Shown piece by piece: positions 36,010 through 46,872 of a stretch of 64,000 nucleotides of DNA. This DNA is from Lophium mytilinum. Its lineage: Eukaryota. A program made the translations under genes and the position numbers. The notes beneath the pieces are model-generated. The model worked only from the letters and a program-made list of their open reading frames with translations. It had not been told where the DNA came from and made no database searches. Each line of letters opens with the position of its first letter. Position 1 is the first letter of the stretch. The DNA is taken from NCBI GenBank assembly GCA_010093605.1, contig MU004184.1, positions 816,801 to 880,800 on the forward strand, read 5' to 3'.

Positions 36010-37475
36010 TTAATAACACATCGGCTCCTCAACCACCTCCGTACACCCATCCTTCCCAAGCTGAAACGCATCACAAAGCTGATTACACGCCACGCCCGGC
36101 TTCACAAACACTCTTCCCTCCTGTCCCACCCACGGCAGCCTCACCTGCACGTTGTTATCCTTCGGATCGGTCCAGTCGGCCCTGAAACCGTGCCTGCACG
36201 CACACAAATGCTCTCCAGCCCCCCCGCTCGCCGCGCCAGTGAGCGAGATGCACGACGTGCTGATATCGCAGCCGTTCGCGCCGGGCGTGGGGTCGCAGGT
36301 CTGGAGTGGGCAGGTAGGCGTCTCGATCTTGCAGTTAGCCGAGCAGCCGTCGCCGTCGATGTTGTTCCCATCATCGCATTCCTCGCCGTTGTTGGGGGAG
36401 AGGATCCCGTCGCCGCAAACGCCCCTGCAGTCTTCCCAGTAGATGTCGCAGATGCGGCGGGCGTCGGTCAGCGTGGGGAGGTTGTGCCACTGCGGGGACG
36501 GGACGCCAGACTTTGGCATAAGCGTAGGTAGGCCATTCTTGCTGAACTCGTACATGGAATAGTGCATAATGGAGAGGACGTCGTAGGCCCCGGCCCAGTC
36601 GGCTTCGGTGACGGAGTTGATGCGGAAGTTGCAACCTAGGCCCTGGCATGAGGCTGAAGTTCGTCGAAGCTTCGAGTCCGGACCCACAGATCAAGTCAGG
36701 GGTGATAACTTTGAGGAGTACCACTGGCACTGGTAGCTGCACCAGTCCGGTCGGGATGAGTACAAGTACAGTCTGGAACTACATCAAGCTGGACGACTGT
36801 GGTCCTGGTGGCTACGCGCACGAGATCGGTCATAGTAGGTCCCAACCCTCATCATCTCCTAAGCCACGCATACTGACTCATCCCCAGCGCTCGGCCTCAT
36901 CCACGAACAACAACGTCCCGACCGGGATTCCTACATGGACCTCCACTGCGAAAACGTCTCCGACGACGACAACGGCGTCAAAGCAGTATGTGGCGGAACG
37001 GTAGTCTGTCCGTCCACCTCTCTACACCCTCAGTCCAATCGGCAATCCGAAAGTCTTTTGAGGCTTGGGATTCCCACTTGTAGTAGATGACGCCACCCGG
37101 CCATTTGTTGCCTGAGTATGGGAAGATCGAGATCGAGCGTTTGTGTATGCTACCAGCGTGGGGATCTTCGACTGCACGCTTGTTGTGGCCGCCTACGGCC
37201 CAAGATAGAAGCTCGGCCTCTGACCCAAATATGACGTCTCCGTCGACGATTGCAATGCCATCTTCAACGTAGTAAGACAGGCGCTGCGTCACTGGGGGGA
37301 TGGTGAAGTTATTGCTGGAGTCGTTGAAGGCAAGAATGCCAGGGGAAAGCTCGATGTTGATTGTGGAGACGTTGTGGATGGGCTGGTAAATAAAGGTTGA
37401 GTTCGTCAAGTTTTGAGCCACCACAGACGAAATCAAGGGTAAGGCCGAAAGCAACGCAACGGAAAGAGAAAACAT
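36010..37475 (-). pseudogene. Secreted astacin-family (M12A) zinc metalloprotease with Cys-rich C-terminus, disrupted by an internal 342-bp inversion
   Basis: Minus strand 37475-36996: signal peptide, pro-region (IVDGDVIFG, KR) and KWPGGVIYY...WTDRLPF. Plus strand 36654-36995: LKFVE...YAHEIGH(T)LGLIHEQQRPDRD, with an intron at 36835-36887. Minus strand 36653-36010: SCQGLGCNF...YDVLSIMHY (Met-turn) and CGDG..GEECDDGN..DGDGCSANC. Confidence 0.9.
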
Positions 37476-38282
37476 ACTAAGCACGGCTAGAGAGATTATA
37501 CTATGCAAGCGGAAATAATTGGAATCGATGACTGTGGAGGTCTGCTAGGAGCCTCCTTATACTATTGATCCAAACACCGCTCCTCTGGAGATCTCCGTCT
37601 AGTGGAGGCATATGGAGAGATGGCTGAGCAGGCGCAGCCCGACTCGTGACTTTGATGCATTTGTTTCGGGTCATTGTGGTTGCCCAGCAAGCTCCAAGAG
37701 CGTCGAAGCCTCCACAGAGCCGGTTAAATTCAGAGGAAAGGTTTGAGGGGAACGAGAAGGCAGCAGAGCTCAGGCAGCGCAGCCTATCACACAGCGCCTG
37801 TATTCTCTTCAGCCACCTCTGAACGACTTGGCAGTAAAGCGATTCGGCAAATAGAATTAGAGTTGATAGCCAAGAAAAGCCGGCAGACTGCTTGAAAGAG
37901 AAACCGCGCTAAACTTAGAAAAGTGGCTGAATAGAGTATCGATGAGAGGTTCCAAAAAGCTTCAGCCTCTCCACACAGCGTGACACTTCACGAAAGCTGA
38001 ACCACCTTTCTTGCACACGGCCTGGATGGCTACCTTAGCCTCGTACGATAGCCTGTTGCGCGTTTATTTAGTCGACGCCTGCTCGGAAAGAAAGACATGC
38101 GGCTGAGGTATATCTGCTTGCAGCTGCTGACTGCAAGCACCGAGAATCGTTTACTTACTCATATTACGACGGAGGAAACCCAGGACTTGAGGTTCCATGA
38201 TTTGCTCGCCTCCGTTGTCATACTAGGACTTACGAATTATCCTTACGTGTTTGATGCTTTCAGGTTTGATATCGCAGTCAAG

Positions 38283-39123
38283 ATGCATGCAGGCTCTCGA
38301 AACCAGCCCACATCTTATCTAAAGTTAGCCTTCTATGGCATCCGCTTCTGTCAGCTGCTAGCATCGGTGATTGTTGCAGCGGAGATGTTCTACTTCGTTT
38401 GGCAAATCGAGCACGGTGGTCATCGAGTCCCCTGGATGTTCTTCTTTGTAAGTGAAACTCTCTAGCCTTTAATCTCTGCCAGGGCTCCTTTTTTTCCTTT
38501 CGAAGAACCTAACAATGGCTTAGCTTCATGGGGCCTCGCTCATCACCACTACAACGCTTGTTCTGAACCATACTATACTGCTGTCACAAGCTTTCGGCGG
38601 TATTCAACGGAGCTATTAACCTTGTTGCAAGTGCTCTATGGATAGCAGGTTTCGGACTGCTGGCGGATGCAATGAATGAGACGATTCTCGATGCATGCAC
38701 CCATGCGCTGTGGGGAAATAGTACAGGGATCAACATCTGTAGGCTATACAAGTTGTTGTTCGCGGCGAGTCTCTTTGGGGTGTAAGTAGTCCGTACCCAT
38801 CCGTACAACAAGAGCGACAGATCCATCGGATGCACCAAAGTAACCCTGAAAACTGACTAGCAGGCAGGTTGAGCACCATCTCGGCATTTACGTTGGACGT
38901 TGTGGTTTACATGCGCGTCCGGCCTGGTGCAAAGCACTCCAAGGCCCAGCCTCTTTTGGAAAATGCTGGTGATACATTGTACCAAGCAGGCTATGACGGC
39001 CCCTACGATCCCCACAACGTGAAAACAAAGTCTCCGATGGACCGTACTTCTGCATCGGCGTCTCGCTTGCCAGTGTTCGACACGTACACGCATGGCAGGA
39101 AGAGATCTCAGCACGGAGTATAG
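38283..39123 (+). pseudogene. MARVEL-like four-TM membrane protein gene with +1 frameshift
   Basis: Exon 1 38283-38447, intron 38448-38523. Exon 2 reads LHGASLITTTTLVL, then an extra A at 38566/7 leads to TAA at 38617. The shifted frame continues TILYCCHKLSAVFNGAINLVASALWIAGFGLL...C..ALWG..GINICRLYKLLFAASLFG, followed by a second intron and exon 3 to 39123. Confidence 0.7.
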
Positions 39124-40095
39124 GTCTATAGCGATTCGTAGGGGGATCAGGCCCAAAGGAGTTCGCTTCGGGCGGGCGGGCTGAAACGGCTAGCGGTGAA
39201 ATGGGCTTCAAGAAGCTTAGCAGGTGACGATGATTCAGGCTTTCGATGCTGGAGAGTCCTGGAAGGTGGAGAGGCATTTTCGGATTGGTGGTTGCTGGAC
39301 GCGGGATGAGGGGTTCAGATCCATGGCGGCGGGAGGCTCTCTTTGATGATCTAGTTTTACGTTGTAATTCCTAGGGCGTACCAAATGAGGAAGCTCAAAA
39401 GCGCGCAATGCACTCGTGCCAGCGGTGACCGGCAGGCAAAGGGGCTCCGGGGCTGAGGCCGTCTCAGGGCCACAGCGGGAGCGCCCCAGGCTTGCCAGTG
39501 AGATCGATTGAATGGATGGAACGCAGACGGCGATGCGGTGCCTTATCATCAATGCCATGTGCGCCGCCGCAAGCCACTCGATAGTGGCTCTACTACAGTC
39601 TGACTCGCGTTCGGATAGCGATCTTGAGAAGAGAAGGGTAGCTGGTAGGTGACTCGTCGCTGGCGGCTGGTGAACGGGAACTAAATAGGGCGCTGGTACT
39701 GCACCCACGTAGAGGAGACGGCGATGTCACGATGCGCAAGGAGGATGGTGAAGATGTAGGCAGAACGGACTGACTCGCTGTGACGGACTGGCCGAGAAAC
39801 CCCACGCTGGCTGCAACGTGCAAGAGTGTATCGGCCCTTGCGGCTGGCTAGGCCTGGCAACAACGTCAATCCCAGCGCGGCGGATTGCTCGAGCCCCGTT
39901 TTTTGTCCCGTTCCCCGGGCCCTGTTCGAGCTACTCCCGAAATATGCCTAGATCGCCTCTCCACATTAGAAGAAGCAGCCTCAACCCGCTTCAACACCAT
40001 GATGCAAACATTCCACCACACCCCAACCCAAGCCTCTGCTGCCCCCCAGCGCCGTCTCTGAATAAGTCCAGCCGTCCGCTCTCCCTCTGGCCTAC

Positions 40096-42667
40096 ATGGC
40101 AGAAGCCATCAGCATCCCGTCGCCCTTCTACCGCACCTCCGCCTCCGATAGCCCCGTCGACCCTCCCACCTCCAGCAATCAGCGGCACCCCCAGATCCAC
40201 TCCAACAAGCCCCATGCTATCGCCGGCGCCAGCCCCATCACCAAGCGCAAGCAGTCCAAGAGCCGCAATGGTAGGCCGCACCACACATCGCTCGCCTTAT
40301 CATACCTCTGATAAGGCTGCTCAGCCTTTCCCAGGGCTCCAGCTTCCGTCTCACATTCCGCACGCTGACCTGAACAAATTCCCCAGGCTGTAGCACTTGT
40401 AAAGCAAAGCGCTTGAAGTGTGACGAAACCAAGCCAACTTGCCAGCAATGCGCCCGTCGCGGCGTGCCGTGCGGCGGATATAAAAAAGACTTCAAATGGC
40501 GGGCCTTCGATGACGCCAGCTTTCAGCCAGCTCCGAAGGTGAAGAAGGGTGCGTAGAAGTCCCAAAAGATCCCTCTAGGTATACATTACTAACTTTAGAA
40601 GAATCATCTCCGCCACGGTCGTTTACCCCGCAGTCATTTTATTCGAGTACTACACTGGACGAGAACGCTATCAAGTCCGAGCCGTCAACGCGGACAGCAT
40701 CGCCAAATGATTTGTCCGAAGTTCAGTACCCTCCAGCGCAAACCTCTGTTCCCACTTCCGCTTTCCAAAATGTTTTCGTTGAATATCGCCCATACGCGAG
40801 TGACCTCTATGCCATGTCCAACGCGCCTCCATTCATGACCCCACCAGCTTCGCTACCCCTTCCCGACCAGCCCGAGCCTACTTCAGATGCACCTACATCA
40901 AGAGCCATCGCCGACGCCGATGCCATGCCGAGTCCTGAACCCACCCACACAAGGACAACAGCGCCATCAAGTACGGCGTCCGGCCAATCGCCGCGACTAG
41001 CTGACTTGCTTCTGCCAGGGACCGACCTTCACTCACCACCTGCAGAGTACTACGCATATCGCAATCAACAAGGGGAGTCGTTCTTTCAGCCCTATTTATA
41101 CAACCCTCAGGGGGAGTCAATGGACGAGGATGACGTTGAGGAGATCCCACGCAACCACGATTTCAACGCGGACCCTGAGCTCTGGATAACGGGTCAACTA
41201 TCGCCAACTGGATCCAGTTCCTCGAGCTCATCTTCGAACTCGAACAGTGGCATGCTGCTCTTCGAGCCCACATTCCCTCCAAACTCCCCCGAGCAGATAG
41301 TGCTCCGATACGACCGCAACACTTGCGGCATACTGTCAGTGAAGGATGGACCAACAGAAAATCCGTGGCGGACATTGATTTGGCCCCTAGCGCGGGAGAC
41401 TCCGGCCTTGTATCATGCCATTGCTTCCATGACCTCGTTTCATCACTCTGAAAACAATAAACCAATGAGAGTACAGGGACTGGAGCACATGCGCACTTCG
41501 ATCCAAGAATTATCCAAAGGGATTCAGAATATGAGGTTCGATGCCGCCATCGCAACAACGCTTGTCCTTGCCTTTGCCGAGTCCTGGGACACCCATATCA
41601 GCTCTGGAATCGATCATATCAAAGGGGCGAAGATCTTGGTCAACCAAGCACTGGTCCGACACCGGCAGGCACCACTTACGGGCGACGAGCTGACTCGCCT
41701 TAAATTTCTGTGCAAAACTTGGATTTACATGGACGTAATAGCTCGCTTGACATCCGTTGACGAGGACGAGTCCAATGATGTTGAGTTGGTTGCGAGTCTA
41801 ATCAGCGAGTCTGCCCAGGATCCACATCTCGACCCGCTGATGGGTTCCGCGGGCGGGTTATTTCCATTAGTTGGCCGGGTCGCAAACTTGGTTCGAAGAG
41901 TTCGGAAGACCGATAGCAATGGTCCCAGCATAATTGCGCAAGCTATCGAGCTCAAAGCACAACTTGACAATTGGACAGCTCCGGATGGTATCGTGGACCC
42001 GGAAGATCCAACGACTTCTATTGCAGATTCCAGGCGGACCGCCGAAGCCTACAGATACGCTACCCTTCTTTACCTCCACCAAGCCGTCCCGGAAATACCT
42101 TCTCTTTTCTCCGCCACACTTGCTAAGAAAGCTTTGAGCGAATTGACGCTCGTAGACACAAACTCTAGGGCAGTCATAGTTCAAATATACCCGCTTACTG
42201 CCGCAGCGTGTGAGGTGGAAGATGAAGACGACAGGATGTGGATACGAGATCGCTGGAAGGCAATGGGAGGCCGAATGAAGCTTGGAATCATAGACCGATG
42301 TAGCGAAGTTGTCACCGAAGTTTGGAAGAGACGTGACGCGCACGTCGCCGAAAAGGCTCGAGCAGCACGGAGAAAGAGTAGTCTGTCATCTCCAGCATCA
42401 CCGTCACTCAAACGGGGGTGCCCCAGTGAAGGAGGAGTCATCGATGACCAGTTCAACTGGACGGAGTTGAGTGGGAAGAGAAGAGCAGTGGGTGGCATTG
42501 GAGCTTTTGATACCCCAAGACCGGTTGCAGTAAAAGTAGAAAGAGGAGACGCCAAGTCTCGAACCGGTTTAGACACTGAGATGCTCGAAACAGAGTATAC
42601 GGTCAGAGGAAAACTCCATTGGCTCGGCGTAATGCAAGACTGGAATTGGGAAGTATTACTAGGATGA
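40096..42667 (+). CDS. Zn(II)2Cys6 transcription factor with Fungal_trans_2-type domain (Acr-2/OefC-like)
   Basis: KRKQSKSRNG|CSTCKAKRLKCDETKPTCQQCARRGVPCGGYKKDFKW across intron 40271-40386, with a second intron near 40549-40600. C-terminal domain ILSVKDGPTENPWR, WIYMDVIARLT, DPLMG, HWLGVMQDWNWEVLLG. Confidence 0.9.
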
Positions 42668-43636
42668 GCATACAAGATTTCAGAGTTCTCTACGACAACA
42701 TTTCTATCCTTACGATTCCCGGTACGCCCTACCAGGCCTCTATATTAGGTCACGAAACACTAAGCATATCTTGGTCGGCAATATGCATAATTGCCACGCC
42801 AATCGTTCAGCTTACACGGCTCTGTCGCATTACCCACGATTTCATTACTGATCACCGGTTATCCCTGTGATATCGCAAACATATACCTACTCGCCTTTTC
42901 GACACCCGGTCACCGCCAGGATAGTGAGGTACCTTTTGCTTGTTGTTTGGATCATATTTGCACATTTGCGTCCTCTTGTCTCATTTATGCTTCGTCTTGC
43001 CTGGTATCTAGCGAGTTGAGTTTAGGCGTTCGCTAAATCTATATCCTTGGAAAGTGTGTATCATTTAGGTTGCTTTGGATCTGTATATGGAATATGGGAG
43101 TCGAGAAGACTAGGCGTTTCAGGCTTCAAACATTCGGCCTCCTTCTGGTTCCGGATAAGGTGGACTGAGACTGTACGACGAGTCAGTATCGGTGCGAGAG
43201 ACTGGACGCAGGAGAACAAGGCTCATGTAGTCATTAGTATCTAGATATGCTGTAACGATGCCTAGTACCCACAAGCGCAACTTCCGCGGAACGCCTCAAA
43301 GGTCGCGTTCCCGCTCCAAGCACTCCAAAATGATGTTTCCGCGATAGGCGAGGCGGGGGTCCACTCCACCCGTCACCCGTGCCAAGATTTCGCGGGGCTG
43401 ACTCCAGCTGAATCTCTTTTCAGCTCGGACACAGAGTCATCCTGGCCAAGGACCAGACTCAGCTCACTCACCACCGCCATTTTCGCTGCGCTGTCCCTAC
43501 GCCCGCTCTCGGAATTGCATAAAATACCCCGGCGACCCAATTGACCTTCTTTGAGTCCTCACATTCACCCACATCGCTGTCTTTCGTGTCCATATCGAAT
43601 TCGACTCCGCCGCACCCTCGCGAATCCTGCCCCACC

Positions 43637-45260
43637 ATGGCCACCGCAATGTCGATCGAGGAGAAGAAAGCTCTAATAGAGTCGAATTTGCAGGAGGTGT
43701 TGAATCCAGAGATCATAGACGCCGTGTTGAAGGAGGGACGGCCACTGAAGATTTACTGGGGTGGGTCACATACTGCATATTCATTTTCGGAGGATACAAC
43801 TGCTTTGCTAGAACATCGACGCTAGAACAAGAACATGGCTTCGAATGACTCGTATGCTAATGTATTCCCTTCTATAGGAACTGCAACGACCGGAAGGCCA
43901 CACTGCGGATACTTTGTCCCCTGTTTGAAGTTGGCCGAGTTCTTGAAGGCAGGATGCAATGTCAAGGTTCTGTAAGAGATGTCTCCGCAACAATAGCTTA
44001 AAAAGGCTATACTGATACGCCGCACAGTCTGGCAGACATCCATGCCTTCTTGGACAACCTCAAAGCGCCTATAGAGCTTGTCAAACTTCGCGCCGAGTAA
44101 GCTCAAGAACCCCCAATATGCTTCTAGAGAGACTAACAAATGCCAACAGATACTACAAGCTTGTCATCACCGAGCTGTTGAAAGCCGTAAACGTTCCAAT
44201 CGATAAACTCACCTTCACATTTGGATCAGACCACCAGTTGACGCCGGCATACACAATGGACTTGCTCCGGATGAGCACCGCGGTCACTGAGCATGACGCG
44301 AAGAGGGCAGGTGCGGAAGTCGTGAAGCAAGTGGACAATGCGCCACTAAGTGGCCTGATCTATCCGTTGATGTGAGTTCTTGTTCAACGGCACTGCATAC
44401 TAAAGGTCTAACGCGGGAATTCAGGCAAGCGCTTGACGAGCAGTACCTTGATGTTGATGCACAGTTTGGAGGTACATGGTCGCCAGCTCACCTATATCGA
44501 AATACTCTTAACAAGTGTCACAGGTGTTGATCAACGCAAAATCTTCGCACTCGCTAAAGACGTCCTACCTCGCGTAGGTTTCAAGGAGCGTGCTCACTTG
44601 ATGAACCCCATGGTACCAGGTCTACAAGGTGGCAAGATGAGCTCGAGCGACCCTGACAGCAAGATCGATCTTCTCGATACCCCCGACGATGTTCGCAAGA
44701 AGCTAAAGAAAGCATTCTGTCCACCTAAACAAGTGGAGGAGAACGGCGTGCTCTCCTTTACCGAGTTTGTTTTGCTACCTGCAGGAACACTGAAGTACGG
44801 AAAACCGCAATTCGTCGTCGAGCGAAGAGATGCGGAGCCGCTAGTTTACACCGATATCAAGCAGATGCAGGACGATTGGAGAAGTGACGTGGTACGTAGA
44901 CTCTTCGCTCTATCTTTACCATGTCCACGAAGTTACAGAAAGAGATTAACATATACCTAGCTCACCCCTCAAATCCTCAAACCCGCCGTCACAGATGCCC
45001 TCATAGCCCTGATGGCCCCCATTCAAGCTGCCTTCCAAGCCTCCAAGGAATTCCAGGATATCGAGAAGAAGGCCTACCCGCCACCACCAGCACCGGAAAA
45101 GAAGAAGAAGGTGAAGAAGGACAAGGGGACTTTCTACCCTAAGAAAGTCGAGGCGAAGCCAGACGGTCATGTCGAAGGCGAGGATGCCGCGAAAGTCAAT
45201 CTAGGCACAGAGGGCGGCGAGAAGGCTATCGAGACCCTAACGCTTAGGGATAAGTCGTAG
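43637..45260 (+). CDS. TYS1: Cytosolic tyrosyl-tRNA synthetase (7 exons)
   Basis: [18 protein letters not shown] (HIGH equivalent), [50 protein letters not shown]. Six GT-AG introns restore a continuous frame. Confidence 0.97.
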
Positions 45261-45548
45261 GATCGAGCATGTCTAGCGTAGATGCATTAGACTTGGAAAC
45301 GTTGTGCATGTAAGGTCTGGAGTGTAGGTGTTTCAATTGGTTTTTCCAACTTCTCTTCGGAACGTCACATAGAAGCTAGCATGGGAATACCGCAGCTCAT
45401 ATCTGTCTGCAGACAGATGCACTTGAATTCGAACTACTCATTGCTCGCTCTATATTTCCCTAGCCGAACTTTCCCTTCCATATATCGCTATTTCAAGTCA
45501 TCAACACCAACCACGAAAAGGAACCAAAACCTCAGAAAAACGTCCGCA

Positions 45549-46872
45549 TCACAAAAGCACAGCCATCCCCTGCGCATTCTTCCCCGCCCCTAGCCCCGTC
45601 AAGTCAAAATGCTGCACCGCCTTCCCCTTTCCCTGGCCCCTCCTCGCATCCACCACCGCCACCGCCGCCCCCGTAGTCCCATTCCCCGGACTCAGCGCAT
45701 ACACAAAACCTCCGGCTGCTTTTAGGTCAATCAGCCCCGGATCCCCATTCGCACCTAAATCAATCGTCGACAGTATACTCGCGTCCTGCAGACTCATCTC
45801 CAGCACCCGATTCACCCCGACATCCGTCACGAACGCGCTGCCCGTGGCGTCGGATACAGTAGCCCAGCACGTCGCCTTCTGGTCCGCGATGGTCTGGTTC
45901 GCGGCCAGGGAGGCCTGGTTCGTGGCCGGGTCGACTGCCAGGATTCCCGCGCCAAAGGAGGCGTCAGTGACAAAGATCGAGTTGGTCGACGGGATGAGCG
46001 CCGCGCCGAAGAGCACCGCGGTGCCCGGGGGTGAGCTGCGCGTTTCTGTAGTCGAGAGGCTAGCCGCGCCGCCGCATGCAGTGCCCGCGGTGACGGGGAA
46101 GGCGGAGAGGAAGCCGGTGTTGTTAACGGCTGGGTCGCCTTTCACGGTCGTGAAGAGGACGGATTCGTCGGCTGAGAAGAAGGCCTGCGAGACGGTGTTT
46201 GTGGGGCCGACGGGTGGTGTGGACTGCTGCAGGGCGAACGGGCGGAGGGCATCGAGGGTGCTACCGGCGAGGCCGCTGGCGGAGAAGGTCGTGCAGGCGA
46301 TGCCTGCGGCCGCGCCGGTGGAGCCCACGCAGACGAGGCTGTGTTTTGCGGAGGCGGCGACGGTGTTGGGGAATTCGCCGCTGACGGCGATGGGCGTGCC
46401 GAGCATGGTGAGGTTGGTGGGGTCTTGGGGGGATATGGCCATCATGGTGAGGGTGTTGGAGCCGGCGTTGACGGCGAAGAGGTTCTGGAATGTTGTTAGG
46501 ATGCGGTTTTTCTGGGGCTTTTGGGGGGGGTGGTACCTGTCCAACTACTGTAAGAGATGACTGGCCGACTAGGGCATCCGGTGCACTTGTCGTGTTAGTG
46601 CTGCCATCGATGGCATTCGAACCTTGGCCACCAGTTGCGGTAACAGTACCCGCTGATAGAGTCCCATCTGCTCCGATAGGTACTGCTACAACCGCATTTT
46701 GAGCATCGTTCGTTAGGAAGTATATCGCTTTCCCTGTGGCAACGCTTCCGGGGGCAGCGCCCTGTGGTTTGCGGTGTTTCCCATGCATACCACCATGGGG
46801 AGTTGGCGCAGCATTGATTATCTGCGATAGCACTGCTAACGAGAGCAACATAGAACGAATGAGTGTAGACAT
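45549..46872 (-). CDS. Secreted beta-propeller protein of the 3-carboxymuconate cyclase / lactonase-like family
   Basis: Signal peptide. Exon 1 46872-46537, intron 46536-46485, exon 2 46484-45549. KAIYFLTND..NAVVAVPIGADGTL..ATGGQG, LFAVNAGSNTL, GEFPNTVA, QKATCW. Confidence 0.8.

Noticed and set aside
36640..37010. Invertible phase-variation switch at the protease inversion
   Set aside because: No inverted repeats at the breakpoints and no recombinase gene in the window.
18423..45260. Two aminoacyl-tRNA synthetase genes in one window as a possible resistance or biosynthetic cluster
   Set aside because: Both look like ordinary housekeeping copies (mitochondrial MetRS, cytosolic TyrRS), about 23 kb apart, with no biosynthetic core enzyme nearby.
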